Assembly: GCF_009914755.1 (NCBI RefSeq)
Contig: NC_060946.1
Origin: the human T2T-CHM13v2.0 reference genome, Homo sapiens
Reading direction: 5' to 3' (one strand)
Length of the DNA: 64,000 bases
Part shown: piece by piece, positions 1-12,500 of the stretch
Numbering within the stretch: the first letter of the stretch is position 1
Layout of the letters: each line of letters opens with the position of its first letter
Notes under the pieces: generated by a model
Seen by the model: only the letters and a program-made list of their open reading frames with translations
What the model was told of the DNA's origin: nothing
Databases searched by the model: none
Made by a program: the position numbers and the translations under genes

Positions 1-234
1 TGAGTACACACATCACAAACAAGTTTCACAGAATGCTTCTTTCTAGCTTGTAGGGGAAGATATTCCCTTTATCACCATGGGCCTCCAACCGTCCGAAACA
101 TCCACTTCCATATACTACAAAAAGAGCGTTTCAAACCTGCTCTATGAAAGGCAATGTTCAACTCTGTGACTTGAATGCAGACATCACAGAGCAGTTTCTG
201 AGAATGCTTCTGTCTAGATTTTATAGGAAGATAT

Positions 235-251
235 TCCCGTTTCCAACGAAA
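235..251 (-). promoter_or_regulatory. CENP-B box 1 of the HOR (recurs about every 1364 bp)
   Basis: TCCCGTTTCCAACGAAA is the reverse complement of TTTCGTTGGAAACGGGA, which matches NTTCGNNNNANNCGGGN. Confidence 0.97.
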
Positions 252-576
252 TCTTCACAGCTATCCAAATATCCACTTGCAGATTCTACAAAAAGAGTGT
301 ATCAAAACTGCTCTGTCAAAAGGAAGGTTCTTCTCTGTTAGGTGAGTGCATACGTCATAAAGGAGTTTCTGAGAATGTTTCTGTCTAGTGGTTATGGGAA
401 GATATTTGCTTTTTCACCGTAGGCCTCAGAGCGCTCCAAATATCCACTTGCACATACTACAAAAAGAGTGCCTCAAAGCTGCTCTCTGAAACGGAATGTT
501 CAACTCTATGAGTTGAATGCAAACATCACAAAGACGTTTCTGAGAATGCTTCTGTCTAGATTTGATATGAAGATAT

Positions 577-593
577 TCCCGTTTCCAACGAAA
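577..593 (-). promoter_or_regulatory. CENP-B box 2 of the HOR
   Basis: TCCCGTTTCCAACGAAA, with all 9 essential bases intact. Confidence 0.97.
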
Positions 594-914
594 TCTTCAA
601 ATCTATCCAAATGTCCACTTGCAGATTCAACAAAAAGTGTTTTTCAGAACTGCTCTATCAAAAGAAAGATCCACCTCTGTTAGCTGAGTTCACACATCAC
701 AAACAAGTTTATGAGAATGCTTCTGTCTAGTTTTTATTTGAAGATATTTCCTTTCTCACCATAGACCTGAAAGCTGTCCTAATGTTCACTTCCAGATACT
801 ACAGAAAGAGTGTTTCAAAACTGCTGTACGAAAGGGAATGTTCAACTCTGTGACTTGAATGCACACATCACAAAGAAGTTTCTGAGGATGCTGCTGTCTA
901 CTTTTTATACGTAA

Positions 915-931
915 TCCCGTTTCCAACGAAA
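915..931 (-). promoter_or_regulatory. CENP-B box 3 of the HOR
   Basis: TCCCGTTTCCAACGAAA, preceded by TACGTAA in the short monomer. Confidence 0.97.
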
Positions 932-1085
932 TCCTCCAAGCTATCCAAATATCCACTTGCAGATTCCACAGAAAGACTGTTTCAAAACTGCTCTGTCAAT
1001 AGAAAGGTTCAACTCTGTTAGCTGCGTGCATATATCCCAAAGAAGATTCTGAGATTCCTTCTGTCTCGTTTTTATGGGAAGATAT

Positions 1086-1102
1086 TTCCCTTTTCACCGT
1101 AG
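1086..1102 (-). promoter_or_regulatory. pJalpha (A-box) motif of an A-type monomer; diverged equivalents near 63, 406 and 748 in each HOR
   Basis: TTCCCTTTTCACCGTAG is close to the reverse complement of CTAYGGTGRAAAAGGAA. It sits at the position homologous to the CENP-B box, 171 bp from boxes 3 and 4. Confidence 0.85.
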
Positions 1103-1256
1103 GCGTCAAGGCGCTCCAAATGTCCACTTCCAGATACTACAAAAAGAGTGTTTCAAACCTACTCTGTGAAAGGGAATATTCAACTCTGTGACTTGAATGC
1201 ACATATCACAAAGAAGTTTCTGAGAATGCTTCTGTCGAGATTTTATATGAAGATAT

Positions 1257-1273
1257 TCCCGTTTCCAACGAAA
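1257..1273 (-). promoter_or_regulatory. CENP-B box 4 of the HOR (intact here, polymorphic across the array)
   Basis: TCCCGTTTCCAACGAAA in unit 1; it reads TCCCGTTTCCAAAGAAA in 19 other units. Confidence 0.96.
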
Positions 1274-4200
1274 TCCTGAAATCTATCCAAATATCCCCTC
1301 GCAGATTCTACAAAAAGAGTGTTTCAAAACTGCTCTGTAAAAAGAAAGGTTCAACTCTGTTAGTTGAGTACACACATCACAAACAAGTTTCACAGAATGC
1401 TTCTTTCTAGCTTGTAGGGGAAGATATTCCCTTTATCACCATGGTCCTCAAACCGTCCGAAACGTCCACTTCCATATACTACAAAAAGAGCGTTTCAAAC
1501 CTGCTCTAGGAAAGGCAATGTTCAACTCTGTGACTTGAATGCAGACATCACAGAGCAGTTTCTGAGAATGCTTCTGTCTAGATTTTATAGGAAGATATTC
1601 CCGTTTCCAACGAAATCTTCACAGCTATCCAAATATCCACTTGCAGATTCTACAAAAAGAGTGTATCAAAACTGCTCTGTCAAAAGGAAGGTTCTTCTCT
1701 GTTAGGTGAGTGCATACGTCATAAAGGAGTTTCTGAGAATGTTTCTGTCTAGTGGTTATGGGAAGATATTTGCTTTTTCACCGTAGGCCTCAGAGCGCTC
1801 CAAATATCCACTTGCACATACTACAAAAAGAGTGCCTCAAAGCTGCTCTCTGAAACGGAATGTTCAACTCTATGAGTTGAATGCAAACATCACAAAGACG
1901 TTTCTGAGAATGCTTCTGTCTAGATTTGATATGAAGATATTCCCGTTTCCAACGAAATCTTCAAATCTATCCAAATGTCCACTTGCAGATTCAACAAAAA
2001 GTGTTTTTCAGAACTGCTCTATCAAAAGAAAGATCCACCTCTGTTAGCTGAGTTCACACATCACAAACAAGTTTATGAGAATGCTTCTGTCTAGTTTTTA
2101 TTTGAAGATATTTCCTTTCTCACCATAGACCTGAAAGCTGTCCTAATGTTCACTTCCAGATACTACAGAAAGAGTGTTTCAAAACTGCTGTACGAAAGGG
2201 AATTTTCAACTCTGTGACTTGAATGCACACATCACAAAGAAGTTTCTGAGGATGCTGCTGTCTACTTTTTATACGTAATCCCGTTTCCAACGAAATCCTC
2301 CAAGCTATCCAAATATCCAGTTGCAGATTCCACAGAAAGACTGTTTCAAAACTGCTCTGTCAATAGAAAGGTTCAACTCTGTTAGCTGCGTGCATATATC
2401 CCAAAGAAGATTCTGAGATTGCTTCTGTCTAGTTTTTATGGGAAGATATTTCCCTTTTCACCGTAGGCGTCAAGGCGCTCCAAATGTCCACTTCCAGATA
2501 CTACAAAAAGAGTGTTTCAAACCTACTCTGTGAAAGGGAATATTCAACTCTGTGACTTGAATGCACATATCACAAAGAAGTTTCTGAGAATGCTTCTGTC
2601 GAGATTTTATATGAAGATATTCCCGTTTCCAACGAAATCCTGAAATCTATCCAAATATCCCCTCGCAGATTCTACAAAAAGAGTGTTTCAAAACTGCTCT
2701 GTAAAAAGAAAGGTTCAACTCTGTTAGTTGAGTACACACATCACAAACAAGTTTCACAGAATGCTTCTTTCTAGCTTGTAGGGGAAGATATTCCCTTTAT
2801 CACCATGGTCCTCCAACCGTCCGAAACGTCCACTTCCATATACTACAAAAAGAGCGTTTCAAACCTGCTCTAGGAAAGGCAATGTTCAACACTGTGACTT
2901 CAATGCAGACATCACAGAACAGTTTCTGAGAATGCTTCTGTCTAGATTTTATAGGAAGATATTCCCGTTTCCAACGAAATCTTCACAGCTATCCAAATAT
3001 CCACTTGCAGATTCTACAAAAAGAGTGTATCAAAACTGCTCTGTCAAAAGGAAGGTTCTTCTCTGTTAGGTGAGTGCATACGTCATAAAGGAGTTTCTGA
3101 GAATGTTTCTGTCTAGTGGTTATGGGAAGATATTTGCTTTTTCACCGTAGGCCTCAGAGCGCTCCAAATATCCACTTGCACATACTACAAAAAGAGTGCC
3201 TCAAAGCTGCTCTTTGAAACGGAATGTTCAACTCTATGAGTTGAATGCAAACATCACAAAGACGTTTCTGAGAATGCTTCTGTCTAGATTTGATATGAAG
3301 ATATTCCCGTTTCCAACGAAATCTTCAAATCTATCCAAATGTCCACTTGCAGATTCAACAAAAAGTGTTTTTCAGAACTGCTCTATCAAAAGAAAGATCC
3401 ACCTCTGTTAGCTGAGTTCACACATCACAAACAAGTTTATGAGAATGCTTCTGTCTAGTTTTTATTTGAAGATATTTCCTTTCTCACCATAGACCTGAAA
3501 GCTGTCCTAATGTTCACTTCCAGATACTACAGAAAGAGTGTTTCAAAACTGCTGTATGAAAGGGAATTTTCAACTCTGTGACTTGAATGCACACATCACA
3601 AAGAAGTTTCTGAGGATGCTGCTGTCTACTTTTTATATGTAATCCCGTTTCCAACGAAATCCTCCAAGCTATCCAAATATCCACTTGCAGATTCCACAGA
3701 AAGTCTGTTTCAAAACTGCTCTGTCAATAGAAAGGTTCAACTCTGTTAGCTGCGTGCATATATCCCAAAGAAGATTCTGAGATTGCTTCTGTCTAGTTTT
3801 TATGGGAAGATATTTCCCTTTTCACCGTAGGCGTCAAGGCGCTCCAAATGTCCACTTCCAGATACTACAAAAAGAGTGTTTCAAACCTACTCTGTGAAAG
3901 GGAATATTCAACTCTGTGACTTTAATGCACATATCACAAAGAAGTTTCTGATAATGCTTCTGTCGAGATTTTATATGAAGATATTCCCGTTTCCAACGAA
4001 ATCCTGAAATCTATCCAAATATCCCCTCGCAGATTCTACAAAAAGAGTGTTTCAAAACTGCTCTGTAAAAAGAAAGGTTCAACTCTGTTAGTTGAGTACA
4101 CACATCACAAACAAGTTTCACAGAATGCTTCTTTCTAGCTTGTAGGGGAAGATATTCCCTTTATCACCATGGGCCTCCAACCGTCCGAAACATCCACTTC

Positions 4201-7200
4201 CATATACTACAAAAAGAGCGTTTCAAACCTGCTCTATGAAAGGCAATGTTCAACTCTGTGACTTGAATGCAGACATCACAGAGCAGTTTCTGAGAATGCT
4301 TCTGTCTAGATTTTATAGGAAGATATTCCCGTTTCCAACGAAATCTTCACAGCTATCCAAATATCCACTTGCAGATTCTACAAAAAGAGTGTATCAAAAC
4401 TGCTCTGTCAAAAGGAAGGTTCTTCTCTGTTAGGTGAGTGCATACGTCATAAAGGAGTTTCTGAGAATGTTTCTGTCTAGTGGTTATGGGAAGATATTTG
4501 CTTTTTCACCGTAGGCCTCAGAGCGCTCCAAATATCCACTTGCACATACTACAAAAAGAGTGCCTCAAAGCTGCTCTCTGAAACGGAATGTTCAACTCTA
4601 TGAGTTGAATGCAAACATCACAAAGACGTTTCTGAGAATGCTTCTGTCTAGATTTGATATGAAGATATTCCCGTTTCCAACGAAATCTTCAAATCTATCC
4701 AAATGTCCACTTGCAGATTCAACAAAAAGTGTTTTTCAGAACTGCTCTATCAAAAGAAAGATCCACCTCTGTTAGCTGAGTTCACACATCACAAACAAGT
4801 TTATGAGAATGCTTCTGTCTAGTTTTTATTTGAAGATATTTCCTTTCTCACCTTAGACCTGAAAGCTGTCCTAATGTTCACTTCCAGATACTACAGAAAG
4901 AGTGTTTCAAAACTGCTGTACGAAAGGGAATGTTCAACTCTGTGACTTGAATGCACACATCACAAAGAAGTTTCTGAGGATGCTGCTGTCTACTTTTTAT
5001 ACGTAATCCCGTTTCCAACGAAATCCTCCAAGCTATCCAAATATCCACTTGCAGATTCCACAGAAAGACTGTTTCAAAACTGCTCTGTCAATAGAAAGGT
5101 TCAACTCTGTTAGCTGCGTGCATATATCCCAAAGAAGATTCTGAGATTCCTTCTGTCTAGTTTTTATGGGAAGATATTTCCCTTTTCACCGTAGGCGTCA
5201 AGGCGCTCCAAATGTCCACTTCCAGATACTACAAAAAGAGTGTTTCAAACCTACTCTGTGAAAGGGAATATTCAACTCTGTGACTTGAATGCACATATCA
5301 CAAAGAAGTTTCTGAGAATGCTTCTGTCGAGATTTTATATGAAGATATTCCCGTTTCCAACGAAATCCTGAAATCTATCCAAATATCCCCTCGCAGATTC
5401 TACAAAAAGAGTGTTTCAAAACTGCTCTGTAAAAAGAAAGGTTCAACTCTGTTAGTTGAGTACACACATCACAAACAAGTTTCACAGAATGCTTCTTTCT
5501 AGCTTGTAGGGGAAGATATTCCCTTTATCACCATGGTCCTCAAACCGTCCGAAACGTCCACTTCCATATACTACAAAAAGAGCGTTTCAAACCTGCTCTA
5601 GGAAAGGCAATGTTCAACTCTGTGACTTGAATGCAGACATCACAGAGCAGTTTCTGAGAATGCTTCTGTCTAGATTTTATAGGAAGATATTCCCGTTTCC
5701 AACGAAATCTTCACAGCTATCCAAATATCCACTTGCAGATTCTACAAAAAGAGTGTATCAAAACTGCTGTGTCAAAAGGAAGGTTCTTCTCTGTTAGGTG
5801 AGTGCATACGTCATAAAGGAGTTTCTGAGAATGTTTCTGTCTAGTGGTTATGGGAAGATATTTGCTTTTTCACCGTAGGCCTCAGAGCGCTCCAAATATC
5901 CACTTGCACATACTACAAAAAGAGTGCCTCAAAGCTGCTCTCTGAAACGGAATGTTCAACTCTATGAGTTGAATGCAAACATCACAAAGACGTTTCTGAG
6001 AATGCTTCTGTCTAGATTTGATATGAAGATATTCCCGTTTCCAACGAAATCTTCAAATCTATCCAAATGTCCACTTGCAGATTCAACAAAAAGTGTTTTT
6101 CAGAACTGCTCTATCAAAAGAAAGATCCACCTCTGTTAGCTGAGTTCACACATCACAAACAAGTTTATGAGAATGCTTCTGTCTAGTTTTTATTTGAAGA
6201 TATTTCCTTTCTCACCATAGACCTGAAAGCTGTCCTAATGTTCACTTCCAGATACTACAGAAAGAGTGTTTCAAAACTGCTGTACGAAAGGGAATGTTCA
6301 ACTCTGTGACTTGAATGCACACATCACAAAGAAGTTTCTGAGGATGCTGCTGTCTACTTTTTATACGTAATCCCGTTTCCAACGAAATCCTCCAAGCTAT
6401 CCAAATATCCACTTGCAGATTCCACAGAAAGACTGTTTCAAAACTGCTCTGTCAATAGAAAGGTTCAACTCTGTTAGCTGCGTGCATATATCCCAAAGAA
6501 GATTCTGAGATTGCTTCTGTCTAGTTTTTATGGGAAGATATTTCCCTTTTCACCGTAGGCGTCAAGGCGCTCCAAATGTCCACTTCCAGATACTACAAAA
6601 AGAGTGTTTCAAACCTACTCTGTGAAAGGGAATATTCAACTCTGTGACTTGAATGCACATATCACAAAGAAGTTTCTGAGAATGCTTCTGTCGAGATTTT
6701 ATATGAAGATATTCCCGTTTCCAACGAAATCCTGAAATCTATCCAAATATCCCCTCGCAGATTCTACAAAAAGAGTGTTTCAAAACTGCTCTGTAAAAAG
6801 AAAGGTTCAACTCTGTTAGTTGAGTACACACATCACAAACAAGTTTCACAGAATGCTTCTTTCTAGCTTGCAGGGGAAGATATTCCCTTTATCACCATGG
6901 TCCTCAAACCGTCCGAAACGTCCACTTCCATATACTACAAAAAGAGCGTTTCAAACCTGCTCTAGGAAAGGCAATGTTCAACTCTGTGACTTGAATGCAG
7001 ACATCACAGAACAGTTTCTGAGAATGCTTCTGTCTAGATTTTATAGGAAGATATTGCCGTTTCCAACGAAATCTTCACAGCTATCCAAATATCCACTTGC
7101 AGATTCTACAAAAAGAGTGTATCAAAACTGCTCTGTCAAAAGGAAGGTTCTTCTCTGTTAGGTGAGTGCATACGTCATAAAGGAGTTTCTGAGAATGTTT

Positions 7201-8184
7201 CTGTCTAGTGGTTATGGGAAGATATTTGCTTTTTCACCGTAGGCCTCAGAGCGCTCCAAATATCCACTTGCACATACTACAAAAAGAGTGCCTCAAAGCT
7301 GCTCTCTGAAACGGAATGTTCAACTCTATGAGTTGAATGCAAACATCACAAAGACGTTTCTGAGAATGCTTCTGTCTAGATTTGATATGAAGATATTCCC
7401 GTTTCCAACGAAATCTTCAAATCTATCCAAATGTCCACTTGCAGATTCAACAAAAAGTGTTTTTCAGAACTGCTCTATCAAAAGAAAGATCCACCTCTGT
7501 TAGCTGAGTTCACACATCACAAACAAGTTTATGAGAATGCTTCTGTCTAGTTTTTATTTGAAGATATTTCCTTTCTCACCATAGACCTGAAAGCTGTCCT
7601 AATGTTCACTTCCAGATACTACAGAAAGAGTGTTTCAAAACTGCTGTACGAAAGGGAATTTTCAACTCTGTGACTTGAATGCACACATCACAAAGAAGTT
7701 TCTGAGGATGCTGCTGTCTACTTTTTATACGTAATCCCGTTTCCAACGAAATCCTCCAAGCTATCCAAATATCCACTTGCAGATTCCACAGAAAGACTGT
7801 TTCAAAACTGCTCTGTCAATAGAAAGGTTCAACTCTGTTAGCTGCGTGCATATATCCCAAAGAAGATTCTGAGATTACTTCTGTCTAGTTTTTATGGGAA
7901 GATATTTCCCTTTTCACCGTAGGCGTCAAGGCGCTCCAAATGTCCACTTCCAGATACTACAAAAAGAGTGTTTCAAACCTACTCTGTGAAAGCGAATATT
8001 CAACTCTGTGACTTGAATGCACATATCACAAAGAAGTTTCTGAGAATGCTTCTGTCGAGATTTTATATGAAGATATTCCCGTTTCCAACGAAATCCTGAA
8101 ATCTATCCAAATATCCCCTCGCAGATTCTACAAAAAGAGTGTTTCAAAACTGCTCTGTAAAAAGAAAGGTTCAACTCTGTTAGT

Positions 8185-9548
8185 TGAGTACACACATCTC
8201 AAACAAGTTTCACAGAATGCTTCTTTCTAGCTTGTAGGGGAAGATATTCCCTTTATCACCATGGGCCTCCAACCGTCCGAAACGTCCACTTCCATATACT
8301 ACCAAAAGAGCGTTTCAAACCTGCTCTAGGAAAGGCAATGTTCAACTCTCTGACTTGAATGCAGACATCACAGAGCAGTTTCTGAGAATGCTTCTGTCTA
8401 GATTTTATAGGAAGATATTCCCGTTTCCAACGAAATCTTCACAGCTATCCAAATATCCACTTGCAGATTCTACAAAAAGAGTGTATCAAAACTGCTCTGT
8501 CAAAAGGAAGGTTCTTCTCTGTTAGGTGAGTGCATACGTCATAAAGGAGTTTCTGAGAATGTTTCTGTCTAGTGGTTATGGGAAGATATTTGCTTTTTCC
8601 CCGTAGACCTCAGAGCGCTCCAAATGTCCACTTGCACATGCTACAAAAAGAGTGCTTCAAAGCTGCTCTCTGAAAGGGAATGTTCAACTCTATGAGTTGA
8701 ATGTAAACATCACAAAGACGTTTCTGAGAATGCTTCTGTCTAGATTTGATATGAAGATATTCCCGTTTCCAACGAAATCTTCAAATCTATCCAAATGTCC
8801 ACTTGCAGATTCAACAAAAAGTGTTTTTCAAAACTGCTGTATCAAAAGAAAGATCCACGTCTGTTAGCTGAGTTCACACATCACAAACAAGTTTATGAGA
8901 ATGCTTCTGTCTAGTTTTTATTTGAAGATATTTCCTTTCTCACCATAGACCTGAAAGCTGTCCTAATGTTCACTTCCAGATACTACAGAAAGAGTGTTTC
9001 AAAACTGCTGTACGAAAGGGAATGTTCAACTCTGTGACTTGAATGCACACATCACAAAGAAGTTTCTGAGGATGCTGCTGTCTACTTTTTATACGTAATC
9101 CCGTTTCCAACGAAATCCTCCAAGCTATCCAAATATCCACTTGCAGATTCCACAGAAAGACTGTTTCAAAACTGCTCTGTCAATAGAAAGGTTCAACTCT
9201 GTTAGCTGCGTGCATATATCCCAAAGAAGATTTTGAGATTGCTTCTGTCTAGTTTTTATGGGAAGATATTTCCCTTTTCACCGTAGGTGTCAAGGCTCTC
9301 CAAATGTCCACTTCCAGATACTACAAAAAGTGTGTTTCAAACCTACTCTGTGAAAGGGAATATTCAACTCTGTGACTTTAATGCACATATCACAAAGAAG
9401 TTTCTGAGAATGCTTCTGTCGAGATTTTATATGAAGATATTCCCGTTTCCAAAGAAATCCTGAAATCTATCCAAATATCCCCTCGCAGATTCTACAAAAA
9501 GAGTGTTTCAAAACTGCTCTGTAAAAAGAAAGGTTCAACTCTGTTAGT
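8185..9548 (-). repeat. HOR haplotype L (units 7, 9, 12, 19, 24, 36, 39)
   Basis: Linked SNVs: TTTTTCCCCGTAG, CAAATGTCCACTTGCACATGCTAC, GTGCTTCAAAG, GAAAGGGAATG, AATGTAAAC, TTCAAAACTGCTGTATC, ATCCACGTC, GATTTTGAG, AGGCTCTCC (GGGTCTCC in unit 19) and a mutant box 4. Marked in the ORF track as 'MLQSCSLKG' at 8652, 11380, 15472, 25019, 31838, 48202 and 52294. Confidence 0.9.
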
Positions 9549-12500
9549 TGAGTACACACATCACAAACAAGTTTCACAGAATGCTTCTTTCTAGCTTGTA
9601 GGGGAAGATATTCCCTTTATCACCATGGGCCTCCAACCGTCCGAAACGTCCACTTCCATATACTACAAAAAGAGCGTTTCAAACCTGCTCTAGGAAAGGC
9701 AATGTTCAACTCTGTGACTTGAATGCAGACATCACAGAGCAGTTTCTGAGAATGCTTCTGTCTAGATTTTATAGGAAGATATTCCCGTTTCCAACGAAAT
9801 CTTCACAGCTATCCAAATATCCACTTGCAGATTCTACAAAAAGAGTGTATCAAAACTGCTCTGTCAAAAGGAAGGTTCTTCTCTGTTAGGTGAGTGCATA
9901 CGTCATAAAGGAGTTTCTGAGAATGTTTCTGTCTAGTGGTTATGGGAAGATATTTGCTTTTTCACCGTAGGCCTCAGAGCGCTCCAAATATCCACTTGCA
10001 CATACTACAAAAAGAGTGCCTCAAAGCTGCTCTCTGAAACGGAATGTTCAACTCTATGAGTTGAATGCAAACATCACAAAGACGTTTCTGAGAATGCTTC
10101 TGTCTAGATTTGATATGAAGATATTCCCGTTTCCAACGAAATCTTCAAATCTATCCAAATGTCCACTTGCAGATTCAACAAAAAGTGTTTTTCAGAACTG
10201 CTCTATCAAAAGAAAGATCCACCTCTGTTAGCTGAGTTCACACATCACAAACAAGTTTATGAGAATGCTTCTGTCTAGTTTTTATTTGAAGATATTTCCT
10301 TTCTCACCATAGACCTGAAAGCTGTCCTAATGTTCACTTCCAGATACTACAGAAAGAGTGTTTCAAAACTGCTGTACGAAAGGGAATTTTCAACTCTGTG
10401 ACTTGAATGCACACATCACAAAGAAGTTTCTGAGGATGCTGCTGTCTACTTTTTATACGTAATCCCGTTTCCAACGAAATCCTCCAAGCTATCCAAATAT
10501 CCACTTGCAGATTCCACAGAAAGACTGTTTCAAAACTGCTCTGTCAATAGAAAGGTTCAACTCTGTTAGCTGCGTGCATATATCCCAAAGAAGATTCTGA
10601 GATTGCTTCTGTCTAGTTTTTATGGGAAGATATTTCCCTTTTCACCGTAGGCGTCAAGGCGCTCCAAATGTCCACTTCCAGATACTACAAAAAGAGTGTT
10701 TCAAACCTACTCTGTGAAAGGGAATATTCAACTCTGTGACTTGAATGCACATATCACAAAGAAGTTTCTGAGAATGCTTCTGTCGAGATTTTATATGAAG
10801 ATATTCCCGTTTCCAACGAAATCCTGAAATCTATCCAAATATCCCCTCGCAGATTCTACAAAAAGAGTGTTTCAAAACTGCTCTGTAAAAAGAAAGGTTC
10901 AACTCTGTTAGTTGAGTACACACATCTCAAACAAGTTTCACAGAATGCTTCTTTCTAGCTTGTAGGGGAAGATATTCCCTTTATCACCATGGGCCTCCAA
11001 CCGTCCGAAACGTCCACTTCCATATACTACCAAAAGAGCGTTTCAAACCTGCTCTAGGAAAGGCAATGTTCAACTCTCTGACTTGAATGCAGACATCACA
11101 GAGCAGTTTCTGAGAATGCTTCTGTCTAGATTTTATAGGAAGATATTCCCGTTTCCAACGAAATCTTCACAGCTATCCAAATATCCACTTGCAGATTCTA
11201 CAAAAAGAGTGTATCAAAACTGCTCTGTCAAAAGGAAGGTTCTTCTCTGTTAGGTGAGTGCATACGTCATAAAGGAGTTTCTGAGAATGTTTCTGTCTAG
11301 TGGTTATGGGAAGATATTTGCTTTTTCCCCGTAGACCTCAGAGCGCTCCAAATGTCCACTTGCACATGCTACAAAAAGAGTGCTTCAAAGCTGCTCTCTG
11401 AAAGGGAATGTTCAACTCTATGAGTTGAATGTAAACATCACAAAGACGTTTCTGAGAATGCTTCTGTCTAGATTTGATATGAAGATATTCCCGTTTCCAA
11501 CGAAATCTTCAAATCTATCCAAATGTCCACTTGCAGATTCAACAAAAAGTGTTTTTCAAAACTGCTGTATCAAAAGAAAGATCCACGTCTGTTAGCTGAG
11601 TTCACACATCACAAACAAGTTTATGAGAATGCTTCTGTCTAGTTTTTATTTGAAGATATTTCCTTTCTCACCATAGACCTGAAAGCTGTCCTAATGTTCA
11701 CTTCCAGATACTACAGAAAGAGTGTTTCAAAACTGCTGTATGAAAGGGAATGTTCAACTCTGTGACTTGAATGCACACATCACAAAGAAGTTTCTGAGGA
11801 TGCTGCTGTCTACTTTTTATACGTAATCCCGTTTCCAACGAAATCCTCCAAGCTATCCAAATATCCACTTGCAGATTCCACAGAAAGACTGTTTCAAAAC
11901 TGCTCTGTCAATAGAAAGGTTCAACTCTGTTAGCTGCGTGCATATATCCCAAAGAAGATTTTGAGATTGCTTCTGTCTAGTTTTTATGGGAAGATATTTC
12001 CCTTTTCACCGTAGGTGTCAAGGCTCTCCAAATGTCCACTTCCAGATACTACAAAAAGTGTGTTTCAAACCTACTCTGTGAAAGGGAATATTCAACTCTG
12101 TGACTTTAATGCACATATCACAAAGAAGTTTCTGAGAATGCTTCTGTCGAGATTTTATATGAAGATATTCCCGTTTCCAAAGAAATCCTGAAATCTATCC
12201 AAATATCCCCTCACAGATTCTACAAAAAGAGTGTTTCAAAACTGCTCTGTAAAAAGAAAGGTTCAACTCTGTTAGTTGAGTACACACATCACAAACAAGT
12301 TTCACAGAATGCTTCTTTCTAGCTTGTAGGGGAAGATATTCCCTTTATCACCATGGGCCTCCAACCGTCCGAAACGTCCACTTCCATATACTACAAAAAG
12401 AGCGTTTCAAACCTGCTCTAGGAAAGGCAATGTTCAACTCTGTGACTTGAATGCAGACATCACAGAGCAGTTTCTGAGAATGCTTCTGTCTAGATTTTAT

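Larger units (their letters stand above)
555..1238. other. Diagnostic XbaI-TaqI 680-bp segment (alphaXT-like restriction signature)
   Basis: XbaI TCTAGA at 213-218 and 555-560 and TaqI TCGA at 1235-1238 (1235-555 = 680), repeated in nearly every HOR. This is consistent with the alphaXT(680) subfamily described for chr14/22 (recalled, not aligned). Confidence 0.7.
1..1364 (-). repeat. Representative HOR unit 1 (8 monomers = 4 A/B dimers of 342, 338, 342 and 342 bp)
   Basis: TGAGTACACACATCACAAAC at 1 recurs at 1365, 2729, 4093 and onward. CENP-B boxes start at 235, 577, 915, 1257 and then 1599, so the spacings sum to 1364. The 338-bp dimer contains the shortened segment TACTTTTTATACGTAATCCCG. 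The unit boundary is arbitrary (window phase). Confidence 0.97.

Noticed and set aside
54-67. Short dyad GGGAA-GATA-TTCCC (possible hairpin or terminator)
   Set aside because: The stem is only 5 bp and is an ordinary part of the alphoid monomer. It is too weak to support a structural or terminator call from sequence alone.
6820-7161. Longest ORF, 113 aa
   Set aside because: It is created by a single TAG-to-CAG change (near 6871) in one HOR copy, with no coding evidence.
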